Assembly: GCA_963807605.1 (NCBI GenBank)
Contig: CAWECG010000004.1
Location: forward strand, 1-64,000
Source of the DNA: Candidatus Bathyarchaeota archaeon
GTDB lineage: Archaea; Thermoproteota; Bathyarchaeia; 40CM-2-53-6; RBG-13-38-9
Direction of reading: 5' to 3'
Length of the DNA: 64,000 nucleotides
Position numbers and translations under genes: made by a program. The notes beneath the pieces were generated by a model, which was not told the DNA's origin, did not search any database, and worked only from the letters and a program-made list of their open reading frames with translations. Below are positions 50,237 to 60,278 of this stretch, piece after piece. Each line of letters starts with the position of its first letter. Position 1 is the first letter of the stretch.

Positions 50237-51433
50237 TTGCTCAAGAAAGGTTCTTGGGTAGGAACAAGGGTACAGGTTCCTCTGAACCATCAATTTCCAG
50301 GGGATATGATCCAATTGGATTACAGTGAGCGAGTCTCAAAGGCAAAAGAACTAATGGGCACTGAGAGGCTTGATGCCTTAATCCTCTCCCGGCCCAACGA
50401 GTCTCGGAGCCTTTACTACCTCACAGGTGTAGACAGATTCTGCGCCCACCTGATACTCCCTAGGGAGGGAGGCAATACGCTGCTTATTCTTGACCAGGAT
50501 TTTTTGGACGCCGAGAAGATAGCCTACGCAGATGAGATTCAAACATTCACTTCCGCAAAATCACAATTTGAGGCGATTGCCGAAGTACTCAAAGAAAGCG
50601 GACTGAAGGAAGGCGCAGTCGGTGTCGAGAAACCCTTCCTTAACCAGAGCTTCTATGAGTCGCTCAGAGCGGTACTTCCATCAACCTTTCAGATCAAAGA
50701 TGCGACAAAGGTAACCGGTCAACTCAGGCTCATTAAGACTGAGGATGAAATTGCGCGAATTAGGAAGGCTTCGGCCATTGCCGCCAGGACTCTTGAGGTC
50801 GCAAGGCAAGCGGTCAAGCCGGGAGTGACGGAGAATGAGATAGCGGCAACTGTCGAGTATGAATTGAGGAGAGGCGGTGCAGAGACTACTGGAATGTCAA
50901 CGTTTATCTCTTCCGGACCAAGGACCAAAGCTGCTCACCCACCAGCCTCTAGCCGGAAGCTCCAGAACGGTGAGGTAGTCTTCATCGATCTTCACCCAAG
51001 AGTCCAAGGCTACTGCAGCGACCTTGCAACATCCTTCATGACGGGACCAACAGACGCCGAGACAACCAGACAATTCAAGCAGGTTCTTGAATCCAGAGAT
51101 GCCGCAATTCAGGTGGTAAAGGTCGGCGACAGATTCTCTTCGATTCATCTTGATTACTTCAAAAGGCTGACCAGCTATGGAATCGTCATCCCGACTATTC
51201 CATTCTTCAACAATCTTCACGGCGTCGGCGTCGCAGCCAACGACCCGCCTTCATTCTGGCATCCCATCGATGCACATATCACGCTTGGAATGGTCTTCGC
51301 CTTGGCCCAATCACCAGTTCAACCCAAAACGCCTGAAGGGATTGGAATAAGATTCGAGGACACTTACCTTGTTACAGAATCAGGGATCGAGCGACTAACC
51401 TCATTTGAGCACGGAACTAATTTGTCCCGGTGA
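50237..51433 (+). CDS. M24 (Xaa-Pro peptidase/creatinase-fold) protein
   Basis: YYLTG, RLIKTEDEI, GYCSDL, HGVG, GIRFED; true start may be downstream (~50305). Confidence 0.85.
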   Translation: MLKKGSWVGTRVQVPLNHQFPGDMIQLDYSERVSKAKELMGTERLDALILSRPNESRSLYYLTGVDRFCAHLILPREGGNTLLILDQDFLDAEKIAYADEIQTFTSAKSQFEAIAEVLKESGLKEGAVGVEKPFLNQSFYESLRAVLPSTFQIKDATKVTGQLRLIKTEDEIARIRKASAIAARTLEVARQAVKPGVTENEIAATVEYELRRGGAETTGMSTFISSGPRTKAAHPPASSRKLQNGEVVFIDLHPRVQGYCSDLATSFMTGPTDAETTRQFKQVLESRDAAIQVVKVGDRFSSIHLDYFKRLTSYGIVIPTIPFFNNLHGVGVAANDPPSFWHPIDAHITLGMVFALAQSPVQPKTPEGIGIRFEDTYLVTESGIERLTSFEHGTNLSR

Positions 51434-51483
51434 AGAAGGTCAAGGGTTACGCGTACGTTTCCAACACGTTTTTATTGGAATAT

Positions 51484-51502
51484 GCTATAACATCGTTATA
51501 GC
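51484..51502. promoter_or_regulatory. Perfect dyad GCTATAAC-ATC-GTTATAGC; candidate operator
   Basis: Lies between a TTTTTATT box and the start of the HTH regulator. Confidence 0.55.
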
Positions 51503-51514
51503 CGAGTGTCATAG

Positions 51515-51847
51515 TTGAGACCTCCATGCGAAGAGATAGTTCAACAATTTCTCCCAGCGTTCCGGTCTCTTGTGGCAAAGGAACTTATCGAGAGGCACAA
51601 CTTCTCACAGGTTGAGGTGGCGAAGAGATTGGGAACCACTCAAGCTGCAATAAGTCAGTACCTCGGCTCAAAAAGAGGCTTTAAGGATACAACCAAACTC
51701 AGGTCGACATCCAAAGTGAGAATGGCCGCAAGCCAGGTTGCCAAAGACCTAGCAGAGAATAAACTAACCGATTTTGACGTGATTATGACTTTCTGTAAAC
51801 TTTGCATTGCTCTTCGCGACAACCAAGACCTGTGCCGAATCACCTAG
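51515..51847 (+). CDS. Archaeal XRE-type HTH regulator
   Basis: MRPPCE...LPAFRSLVAKEL, SQVEVAKRLGTTQAAISQY, CKLC. Confidence 0.88.
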   Translation: MRPPCEEIVQQFLPAFRSLVAKELIERHNFSQVEVAKRLGTTQAAISQYLGSKRGFKDTTKLRSTSKVRMAASQVAKDLAENKLTDFDVIMTFCKLCIALRDNQDLCRIT

Positions 51848-52018
51848 TTTTAGTCTTATCGCGAACATTCAATCGGTCAACGGTCTGATTAGATCCTCAC
51901 GCGAGCTTGCAGGCGTTCTATGAAACCCTTCGGGTCCCATGGAAATTCTATTCTTAGCTCACGGAATCGGGAAACAAAGAAATCAGGTAGACGATCGAAC
52001 CCTCACGCATAACGTTTT

Positions 52019-52876
52019 TTGCCTTCAACACACCCTGAGTTCACGGTAAGGCATTTGTCAGCAACAGCAAAGGCCGAAGTCTATAAGGTCAACGTCGGGG
52101 AGGACCTGGCCTCAGTTGTTGAAGAGGAAGTTGCGGTTGAGGCTCCAGCCAACATCTACCTTAACAAGCAACATCTGGTCACCCTGCTCTCTTCTCCCAC
52201 CATGCTCTGCGAGTTGGCAGTGGGACACTTGTTTTCGGAGGGGATACTCAAAGACAAAGAGACGATCAAGGAAGTCTTGGTTGCCGGGACAGACGTTCAC
52301 GTGAAACTCAAAACTGGGGCCAAAGTTGAACTTGAACGTATCAAGATCGGTAGGGTTGTCACGACAGCGTGTGGTTCACTCGTCGATTATCTGGCATTGC
52401 TCGCACAGATCAAGACAAAGATCTCAGCACAATATTCAGTCTCCACAAGTGACATAGAGAGAATGATCACTGAGCTCAACAATAGCTCTAGAGTCTTCAG
52501 GGCTACGGGTGGGATCCATTCTGCAGCCATATTCAAGGGCACGACGATGGTTGCTTTCGCTGAAGATGTTGGACGCCACAATGCTGTGGATAAGGTTGTA
52601 GGAGCCTCTGTTCTAAAAGGTGTGAATTTTGGTACGTCCGTCCTTGTTACCTCTGGAAGGCAGACGGCGGATATAGTCGCAAAGGCGGCTCAGATGGGGA
52701 TACCGTTTTCGATATCCATCTCTGGGCCGATCCACTCCGGGATAAAGCTCGCTGAGAAGGTTGGTATAACCCTCATCTGCTTCGCGCGAGGAAGAAGATT
52801 CAACATCTATACCTCACCAGAGAGGGTGAGATTGCCCAACGGTGCACCGATCAAGACCAAGCCCCAATCTTCTTAG
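52019..52876 (+). CDS. fdhD: Formate dehydrogenase accessory sulfurtransferase
   Basis: TTACG, ATGGIHSAA, EDVGRHNAVDK, TSGR. Confidence 0.94.
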   Translation: MPSTHPEFTVRHLSATAKAEVYKVNVGEDLASVVEEEVAVEAPANIYLNKQHLVTLLSSPTMLCELAVGHLFSEGILKDKETIKEVLVAGTDVHVKLKTGAKVELERIKIGRVVTTACGSLVDYLALLAQIKTKISAQYSVSTSDIERMITELNNSSRVFRATGGIHSAAIFKGTTMVAFAEDVGRHNAVDKVVGASVLKGVNFGTSVLVTSGRQTADIVAKAAQMGIPFSISISGPIHSGIKLAEKVGITLICFARGRRFNIYTSPERVRLPNGAPIKTKPQSS

Positions 52877-52907
52877 GTTTTCGATAGGCGAGCACGTTCA
52901 AATCTTT

Positions 52908-53540
52908 CTAAAGAAACTCCTTCATCTCAGTAATTCGTGAGATGAAGGAGACTCCTTCGGCCTTTATGGCGTCGATCTGAAACGGATTATTCGCAACAGC
53001 TATCACGTTGATGCCCGCTTTCCTGGCAGCCGTCACGTCGTATATGGAATCGCCAACGATGAGACAGTCATTAGGTTCAACGCCTAACCGCTCAGATGCG
53101 AGGATGAATATCTCAGGGTTTGGTTTGGCCTCTTCAACGTCATCTGCTGAGAGGATAATGTCGAAGTATCCTTCAAGGCTGAATTCCTTGAGAACTCTTA
53201 ATACGCTTAGCTTATCGGCTGAGGTTGCCAAACATAATTTGAGCCCTTTCAGTCTCAAATATCTAAGGGTCTCCTCAACGCCCTCAAAAACTCTGACAGC
53301 GCGTGTTGTCTGAATGAAAGCAATCCTCTTCTCTTTCACTATTTCGTCAATGTGTCTGTGCTCTGTCTCGGGTAAGATCTCTGTAAGTATCTGTTTTGCA
53401 GGCTTACCGAAGCGTCGGTATATTTCAGTATCCTCTACGCTCAGTCCAAACTTGGATAATGCTCTTCGGAAAGATTCTAGGTGAGCCCGATAACTGTCCA
53501 CTAGAGTTCCGTCAAAGTCGAAGATTACTGCTAAAACCAG
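52908..53540 (-). CDS. HAD-family phosphatase
   Basis: Frame extends to LAVIFDFDGTLVDS; KPNPEIF, VGDSIYD. Confidence 0.9.
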   Translation of the reverse strand: MVLAVIFDFDGTLVDSYRAHLESFRRALSKFGLSVEDTEIYRRFGKPAKQILTEILPETEHRHIDEIVKEKRIAFIQTTRAVRVFEGVEETLRYLRLKGLKLCLATSADKLSVLRVLKEFSLEGYFDIILSADDVEEAKPNPEIFILASERLGVEPNDCLIVGDSIYDVTAARKAGINVIAVANNPFQIDAIKAEGVSFISRITEMKEFL

Positions 53541-53768
53541 TTCTTATCCCGGCACTTCGGTGACGGCCGTATCCATAAGCATCTGGTTAGGAGCAGCCAA
53601 TATCCAAAAGGACGGCCTAGACGGATTTTGATTGCTCTTCGAGCTTCCGGGCGCAGGATCTGCAACAAAAAGAGTGTTCTTTTCCATCTACGGTCTTCTT
53701 GTAGGTTGCGAGCTCGCAGGCCTCTCCCTCAATCAGAGCATTACAGAAATGGCACTTTTCACTCGAAG

Positions 53769-54146
53769 TCATTTTTGTTGCCCTCTCTTCTTGAGGTAAT
53801 CGTTTATCGCTGCGTGAAGGGCATCAGCCGCCAAGTTCGAACAATGCATCTTTATCGGTGGAAGCCCACCGAGATTGTCCGCGACATCTGATCGGGTAAT
53901 CTTCAGAGCTTCATCTAAGGTCTTACCTCTTGCAAGTTCCGTTGTCATGCTGCTTGTGGCTATAGCTGCACCGCAGCCAAAGGTCTTGAACTTCAAATCA
54001 ACTATTCTGTCATCCTTGACCTTGATGTAGATGGTCATTAGGTCACCGCATACGGGATTTCCTACGGTCCCCACGCCGTCGGCGTCTGGAATCTCGCCTA
54101 CGTTTCTTGGATTTCTGAAGTGTTCGATGACTTTCTCGCTGTACAT
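53769..54146 (-). CDS. iscU: Fe-S cluster scaffold IscU/NifU
   Basis: YSEKVIEHFRNPRN, GNPVCGD, FGCGAAIA, PPIKMHCS. Confidence 0.95.
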   Translation of the reverse strand: MYSEKVIEHFRNPRNVGEIPDADGVGTVGNPVCGDLMTIYIKVKDDRIVDLKFKTFGCGAAIATSSMTTELARGKTLDEALKITRSDVADNLGGLPPIKMHCSNLAADALHAAINDYLKKRGQQK

Positions 54147-54334
54147 TAGTCCTTCACTTACGATCTTATTCTCTTGAGCTCACGAGTCCGTGAATAGTCT
54201 CTGCCTCGCTATGCTCATCGCGTTCTATTCAATCTCACGTAAAGGATCGTATAAGCTCTCTTATGGACTTTCGTGACGGTACTTCTTTCTTATCGGTAGG
54301 AAACTCCGGCACAGTTACTTGCGTTCGTCTGAGT

Positions 54335-54571
54335 CTATTTATTCTTCTTCATGAATACGTGGATCTCTTTACCTTTCTTTTGGATCGCGAGTACCTCTTG
54401 GCCTGTGCTTCTTGCTAGGCTTTGAAGGTCTGATTCCGCCGCGGGGTCGTCCGCAACGATCTCAAGCGTTTGCCCCACCGCGATCTTTTCCAACTCGACC
54501 TTAGTCTTGAGGACCGGTACCGGGCAGTACAAGCCCAAATAATTGAGTTGCTTATCAGCCTTTAGTGACAA
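54335..54571 (-). CDS. tusA: TusA-family sulfur carrier
   Basis: GLYCPVP, ADDPAAESD. Confidence 0.9.
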   Translation of the reverse strand: MSLKADKQLNYLGLYCPVPVLKTKVELEKIAVGQTLEIVADDPAAESDLQSLARSTGQEVLAIQKKGKEIHVFMKKNK

Positions 54572-54695
54572 GTCTTACCATCAATCACTTCTAACCTCAT
54601 ACTAAGTTCTAAACTTTGCTTATCCCAGACATCTGCGAGAATGATCCAAAAAGCGTTTTTAGTTCACATTGAAGATCCTCCTTAAGGTGCAGCTA

Positions 54696-55175
54696 ATGGA
54701 ACACCTATGGGCTCCCTGGAGGAGGACTTACTTTGAACAGCCAAAAAGTGACGAATGCATCTTTTGTCTAATGTGCAAGAAGCAAAACGATCCCGTTGAC
54801 TACGTCCTTTATAGGGGAGAGGCTGTGCTCATCAGCCTGAACCGATTCCCCTACAACGTCGGCCACACAATGATCATCCCGTACAGGCACCTAGAGAATG
54901 TCGAAGAACTCAGCAGTAAGGAGTCTGCAGAGATCTTTCAACTATTAAAACTCTGCATCTCTATGCTGAAAATCGTCCTGAAGCCGACCGGATTCAACAT
55001 TGGGGTAAACATCGGGAAGGCTGCGGGGGCTGGCGAGCAGCACCTTCATTTTCACATCGTTCCAAGATGGGTTGGCGATACAAACTTCATGCCTATTCTC
55101 ACAGACACAAAAGTCCTCTCAGAGAGCTTGGACAAAGTATGGCGTGAACTCTCGCAAGAGATCAAGAAGCGTTGA
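54696..55175 (+). CDS. HIT-family nucleotide hydrolase
   Basis: LWAPWR, CIFC, PYNVGH, HLHFHIVPRW.GD. Confidence 0.93.
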   Translation: MEHLWAPWRRTYFEQPKSDECIFCLMCKKQNDPVDYVLYRGEAVLISLNRFPYNVGHTMIIPYRHLENVEELSSKESAEIFQLLKLCISMLKIVLKPTGFNIGVNIGKAAGAGEQHLHFHIVPRWVGDTNFMPILTDTKVLSESLDKVWRELSQEIKKR

Positions 55176-55370
55176 CCGTTGAACCTAAGTCACGTGGGGT
55201 ATTGCTGACCATTATGCAGCGAAAAATGTCTCATCTTCGTATTGGGCTGAGGTTGAACACCAAGACTCACCAGCGGGCAGATCCCGACCAGGCACTCCCC
55301 CTGCAAGATCCCTGGCGTTGTCGTCAAAATCACCGAAAATGCTAAAACTACATAACAAAAAAAGACCCTC

Positions 55371-55802
55371 ATGGCAAAGAAACCGACACATAGACTCAAA
55401 ATAAGAGTCAGAGCCGGTGATACCGACTATACGGGGCTCGCTTTCAACGCTCGAATAGTGGAATGGTTCAGCACTGGAAGAATTGAGCTTCTCCGGTCGA
55501 GAAAGATCACATATTTGAACGACGCACGTCTTGCCGTCGAAGGGAAACCGCAGAAAGTCTCCTTAGTCGTCGGTGAGGTCTACGCCAGATTTCACGCCCC
55601 TGTCAGATTCGATGAACTTGTCGAACTCAAGGTAAGCATCATTGAGGTGAGGGATAAGACGGTTAAGTTCGATTACATTGTCAAAAGCGTTCCAGACAAG
55701 AGGCTCCTTGCAACGGGCAACAGTACATCTGTCTGCGTAGATCGAGGAACAATCAGATCAGCCAAGATTCCCCCAAGAATGGCCGAACTGCTTAATGCCT
55801 AG
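55371..55802 (+). CDS. 4HBT-like hotdog thioesterase
   Basis: RVRAGDTDYTG, F.APVRFDE. Confidence 0.82.
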   Translation: MAKKPTHRLKIRVRAGDTDYTGLAFNARIVEWFSTGRIELLRSRKITYLNDARLAVEGKPQKVSLVVGEVYARFHAPVRFDELVELKVSIIEVRDKTVKFDYIVKSVPDKRLLATGNSTSVCVDRGTIRSAKIPPRMAELLNA

Positions 55803-56044
55803 ATTTGAACTTTGACTGATCCGTGTACCTTTCGATTGAAAACCTTTAACGCCGAAGTCCGCGCGTCATACTCTCGATAGATCAACAGAGGTTGGTAATG
55901 AATCGAGACGAAGATTACGCGACTCAAAAAAGTATCCTGCTCACTTGCAAGGAATTTTAGCAGCCAAACACTCGAATTGTACGTAGGTAGAGGATAAATA
56001 CTGGGCAGTGGGTGATAGTGGGATAACTCTGGAGAAAAGATCGA

Positions 56045-56518
56045 TTGGCCGAAGTTGCGAAACAAAAGATCCTAGTGTTTGACAAACGTGTCTGCACTGG
56101 CTGTAGACTCTGTGAACTTGCATGCTCCTTCGCGAAGTTCAATAACACATACAGCTACCAGAAGACACACATCCGACATGTTATAGAGTTTGATCGAGGC
56201 GAGATCGAGTGCCAGTACTGTCAGCACTGTGAGGAACCATTATGCATGGCATCCTGCCCAGCCAAAGCCATACACAAAGACGAGAATACTGGCATAGTGA
56301 AAATCAACCACTTGGAATGCATCGGTTGCCAAACGTGCAATATAGTATGTCCGGCACGCATACCAAAATTCTATGCTGAAAAAAAGATATCGATGAAATG
56401 CGACCTCTGCGATGGCGATCCAGCCTGCGTCAAATACTGTTCACCTATGGCGATAAGTCTCGTGACAAGAGAGGAAGCGGACAACTTACTAAAACAGATC
56501 TATGGCGGGAGAAAGTGA
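56045..56518 (+). CDS. 4x[4Fe-4S] electron-transfer protein (HycB/CooF-like)
   Basis: CTGCRLCELAC, CQHCEEPLCMASCP, CIGCQTCNIVCP, KCDLC.GDPACVKYC. Confidence 0.9.
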   Translation: MAEVAKQKILVFDKRVCTGCRLCELACSFAKFNNTYSYQKTHIRHVIEFDRGEIECQYCQHCEEPLCMASCPAKAIHKDENTGIVKINHLECIGCQTCNIVCPARIPKFYAEKKISMKCDLCDGDPACVKYCSPMAISLVTREEADNLLKQIYGGRK

Positions 56519-56645
56519 ACTCCTTGATAGACGGATCAAAATCACGCAAGGGGTATCGTTCCAGAAATCCGGCACATGAGATAATATTTGACCGCGGTTC
56601 TCTTCTACAGAGTTGCTTAGCATACTGACTCTCGAGGTGCTGCTG

Positions 56646-57312
56646 AAGTTGGCTCAAGAAAAAGAAGTGCTCCAAAGTTTACGGAAAGAGTTGGCAACTA
56701 ATTTCATCGCAGAATCGAGAATGTCCACAGACAGGCCAGTAGCCATAATCAACAAAGAAGCTCTACTTCAAGCTCTCAGGATATTGGTGGAGAAATACGA
56801 TTCGAGATTGTGCACGATAACCGCCATAGATAACGGACTAGACTTCGAACTAATCTATCACATGAGCATAAAAGGGCTAGTAATCAATGTAAAGACCACA
56901 GTCCCCAAAGAAGAGTCAGAAATAGTCTCCATCACAAAGATCATCCCCGGCGCAGCCACGGCTGAAAGGGAGATATGCGACCTCTTCAAGATTAACTTCA
57001 AAGAACTCGCCGATTCACGAGCACTCATAGTCCCATACGAGTGGCGAGACACCAAGGTTCCCCTGAGAAAGCCAATGGGCGGGATAGTCACAGAGTACCA
57101 GAAACCGACAGTTGAGACCCTCATGCAGCAGGGCCAAGTCTTCACCATGCCTTCCAGTGTCAAAGCTCACAGACAAAACCTGAAACTTCCAGGAGATCCA
57201 GACGACCATGGCCAGACCCGAAGCCCTCAAGGAACTCCACGAGATAGCTGAGGAAGTCAAGTTCGACAAGAGAGTAGGCTACGACTGGTTGAGGAAGAAG
57301 TTGAGGTACTGA
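56646..57312 (+). CDS. NuoC/EchD-like hydrogenase subunit with HdrC-like C-terminal tail; +1 frameshift near 57192
   Basis: RLCTITAID...ELIYH, SIT...PGA...EREICDLF.I.F, PLRK. After removing one G it reads LPEIQTTMARPEALKELHEIAEEVKFDKRVGYDW to TGA 57312. Confidence 0.75.
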
Positions 57313-57315
57313 TCC

Positions 57316-58206
57316 TTGGAGTCCAAGAAGGAATACTCCATGTTCTGGGGTTGCTGGGTCCCCTCAAGACAGCCAAGCATAGAGGCTGCCTGCAAATCAG
57401 TCTTGAGCAGATTCAAAATTGGAATCAGAGATATGGAAGGGGTCTCGTGTTGCCCCGACCCCGTCGTCACCGAGAGACTTCAACGCGAGATGTGGTTAGC
57501 CTTGGCCGCAAGAAACCTCTCGATAGCCGAAAAGTCTGGAACGGCTCTAGCTACAATCTGCAATGGATGCTATGAAACCTTCTTCGAAGCAATAGAGACA
57601 ATGAAAACCGATGAAGGTCTGCGAGGAAAGGTAGAGAATGCCCTTGACAGAATAGGAACGACCCTGCCTCAAAAAACAGAGCTCAGACACATAATCGAGA
57701 TCCTAGGCCAAGACATCGGAGTCGAAGAGATCGCAAAGCTAAGCTCAAAAAGGCTTAGGAAATTGAATGTTGCCGTACATCCTGGCTGTCATCTGTACAG
57801 ATCTCACAGCCGGGAGGAAGTTCAACACAAACCAGAGATGTTTGAGCAGATCGTCGCAGCAACAGGAGCAAACCTCGTAGACTATGGAATAAAGAGGTTC
57901 TGCTGTGGATACCCCCACCGAGTGGTTGAGGAAGAGTTCTCCCTGAAGATGATGCTTGCCAGAAAACTCCAAAGAGTCTGGGACGCAGATGCAGACTGCG
58001 TCGTGGTATCCTGTCCAGCATGCAATATACAATTTGAGTTTGGACAGCTTGAACTTAAACGAAAATATAACATAGCCTTCGGCTCAGGGATCCCCGTAAT
58101 CCACATAGTCGAACTCGTTGCCCTGGGTCTGGGCATTAAACCCGAAGAAATCGGACTTCAGACACACAGAGGCCCAACTTCAAACATTACCTCAAAGTTG
58201 GAGTAG
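57316..58206 (+). CDS. hdrB: Heterodisulfide reductase subunit B
   Basis: Two intact CCG domains: FWGC...SCCPDP...CNGC and HPGCH...CCG...CPAC; QFEFGQ. Confidence 0.92.
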   Translation: MESKKEYSMFWGCWVPSRQPSIEAACKSVLSRFKIGIRDMEGVSCCPDPVVTERLQREMWLALAARNLSIAEKSGTALATICNGCYETFFEAIETMKTDEGLRGKVENALDRIGTTLPQKTELRHIIEILGQDIGVEEIAKLSSKRLRKLNVAVHPGCHLYRSHSREEVQHKPEMFEQIVAATGANLVDYGIKRFCCGYPHRVVEEEFSLKMMLARKLQRVWDADADCVVVSCPACNIQFEFGQLELKRKYNIAFGSGIPVIHIVELVALGLGIKPEEIGLQTHRGPTSNITSKLE

Positions 58207-58213
58207 GTTAAAT

Positions 58214-59367
58214 ATGTCATTCATTCTTCCAATAGGCCCCTTCCATCTGGCACTCAAAGAGGCAGCATATTTCAAACTTGAAGTTGAGGGCGAAAGATAG
58301 TCGGCGGAGACTTCAAATTCGGATACATGCACAGAGGAATCGAGGATCTTGCGACAAAGAAATCCTACCACCACAACATCTTCCTAGCAGAGAGAGTCTG
58401 CGGAATCTGCAACACCGTCCATTCTACGTGTTACACTCAAACAGTTGAGGCCCTGATGAACATCGAACCTCCAGAACGGGCCAAGTACATCAGAACAATC
58501 GTCTTCGAAACAGAAAGGCTTCAGAGTCATCTGCTCTGGTTCGGAGTAGGAATGCACGAGATCGGCTACGACACTGCCTACATGTACATGTGGCGAGAAC
58601 GAGAAAATGCTGTGGAAATACTAGAGGCTGTTTGTGGAAAGAGGGTGAACCTTGGGATAAACACGATAGGCGGGGTTAGAAGAGATATCACACCTGACAA
58701 AGAGGGCTTGATAAAGACAAAACTAGATCTCATTGAAAGGGCAGTCAATAAGATTGGCAAATTCCTCATTGAAGATAGAGTCTTGAAAGCACGAGTCAAA
58801 GATGTCGGGGTGCTCACAAAGGATGAGGCCAAGAAACTGTGCGTCGTTGGCCCAACGGCGAGGGGCTCAGGAATCGATATGGACACAAGAAGAGATGACC
58901 CATATGCTGCCTACCCTTATATTGACTTCAACGTTCCAGTGGAAGAGAACGGCGATGTGCTCTCGCGAACATTGGTCAGACTTTCAGAACTCTTCCAATC
59001 GATAAGGATCATCAGGCAAGCCTTGAGAGACCTTCCCAAAGGCCCAGTATCGGTGAAGGAACTTCCATTTCCTAGAATCAACGACGCATTTGGGAGAGTC
59101 GAAGCTCACCGTGGGGAACTTCTATACTACATCCGGTCAAACGGCACGAATTATCCTGAAAGAGTAAAGATACGCACGCCTTCAGTAGTGAACAATAATT
59201 CAATTTTGCCCATGGCTCTTGGCGAGACGATTGCTGATTTTCCAATAATATTGGCGAGTATCGACCCCTGCTTCTCTTGCACAGACAGGGTAACCATAGT
59301 CGACACCAAGAAGAATGTGAGCAAGACTGTTGCTCTATCCAGCCTCGGCAGGAGTGGAAATCAATGA
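58214..59367 (+). CDS. Group 4 [NiFe]-hydrogenase large subunit; -1 frameshift at ~58295
   Basis: PIGPFH.ALKE start, GYMHRGIE, L1 RVCGICNTVH, L2 DPCFSCTDR plus C-terminal extension; GAAAGATAG needs one more A to read EKIV. Confidence 0.9.
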
Positions 59368-60278
59368 CCTCAGTCCTTGAGATCTTAATTGGCGTCTTCG
59401 TCTACCCAGGACTAATATTCTCCCTCGCCATCGGTGGAATGTTCTATTGGCTCTACCGGAAGATTCGGGCAAGATTACAGGCCAGACGAGGGCCACCATG
59501 GTACCAGTTCTTCATCGATCTAATCAAGCTCTTTTCAAAAGAATCCATAATCCCCTCCTCAGGGAGAGGCCTCCTAGTAGTGCTAGCACCCATAATTGCA
59601 ATCATCGGCCTCCTCTTCACTATCGTGATGTTGCCTCTGGGTTCAGCTCCCTTAGTGCAATTTGACGAAAGCCTGATAGTAGCACTTTACTTCCTTGCGT
59701 TCCCAGGATTGGCGATGATTATGGCCGGAGTCAGCTCAGGCTCACCTTATGGCACTGTCGGGTCAAGTCGTGAGGCTCGCATGATGATAGCCTACGAACT
59801 CCCCTTCGTCCTTTCCGCATTGACATTGGGTTTCTATCTGAAATCACTTAGCATCGCATCGATAACGCAGTACCAATTGGATCATGGGATGTTTGTATTC
59901 AAGTATCCACTGTCAACAATCGCCTTCATTCTCTGTCTACTTCCTAAGATCAGTCGGCGTCCCTTCGACGCTCCAGAGGCAGACACCGAGATAATCGCAG
60001 GACCATTAACAGAGTATTCAGGGGCGCTACTAGGTCTATTTGAAATAGTCAACGGCGTCAGGTGGTTTGTCCTTCCAGCTTTCGCTGTCACACTCTTCCT
60101 AGGGGGAGGAGCGAATATCATTGAATTCTTATTGAAATGCCTAGGCCTAGTCCTAATAATATCATTTATCGATGTAATTTATCCACGCTTCAGGGTCAAT
60201 CAAGGATTTGGATTCTTCTTAAAATGGGTTCTCCTGCTTGCTCTGATAGATTTCATAAGGAGTCTAATCCTGCCATGA
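59364..60278 (+). CDS. NuoH/HyfC-like membrane subunit
   Basis: RKIRARLQARRGPP, YELP, PFDAPEADTEIIAGPLTEYSG, PRFR. Confidence 0.93.
   Translation: MTSVLEILIGVFVYPGLIFSLAIGGMFYWLYRKIRARLQARRGPPWYQFFIDLIKLFSKESIIPSSGRGLLVVLAPIIAIIGLLFTIVMLPLGSAPLVQFDESLIVALYFLAFPGLAMIMAGVSSGSPYGTVGSSREARMMIAYELPFVLSALTLGFYLKSLSIASITQYQLDHGMFVFKYPLSTIAFILCLLPKISRRPFDAPEADTEIIAGPLTEYSGALLGLFEIVNGVRWFVLPAFAVTLFLGGGANIIEFLLKCLGLVLIISFIDVIYPRFRVNQGFGFFLKWVLLLALIDFIRSLILP

Noticed and set aside
22417-58206. mtrA plus hdrB as evidence of methanogenesis
   Set aside because: No mcr or other mtr subunits are in the window; both families occur in non-methanogens.
58290-58300. Programmed -1 frameshift at CGAAAG, or TAG readthrough
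   Set aside because: The hexamer is in the wrong phase, and continuation needs a frame change, not readthrough.
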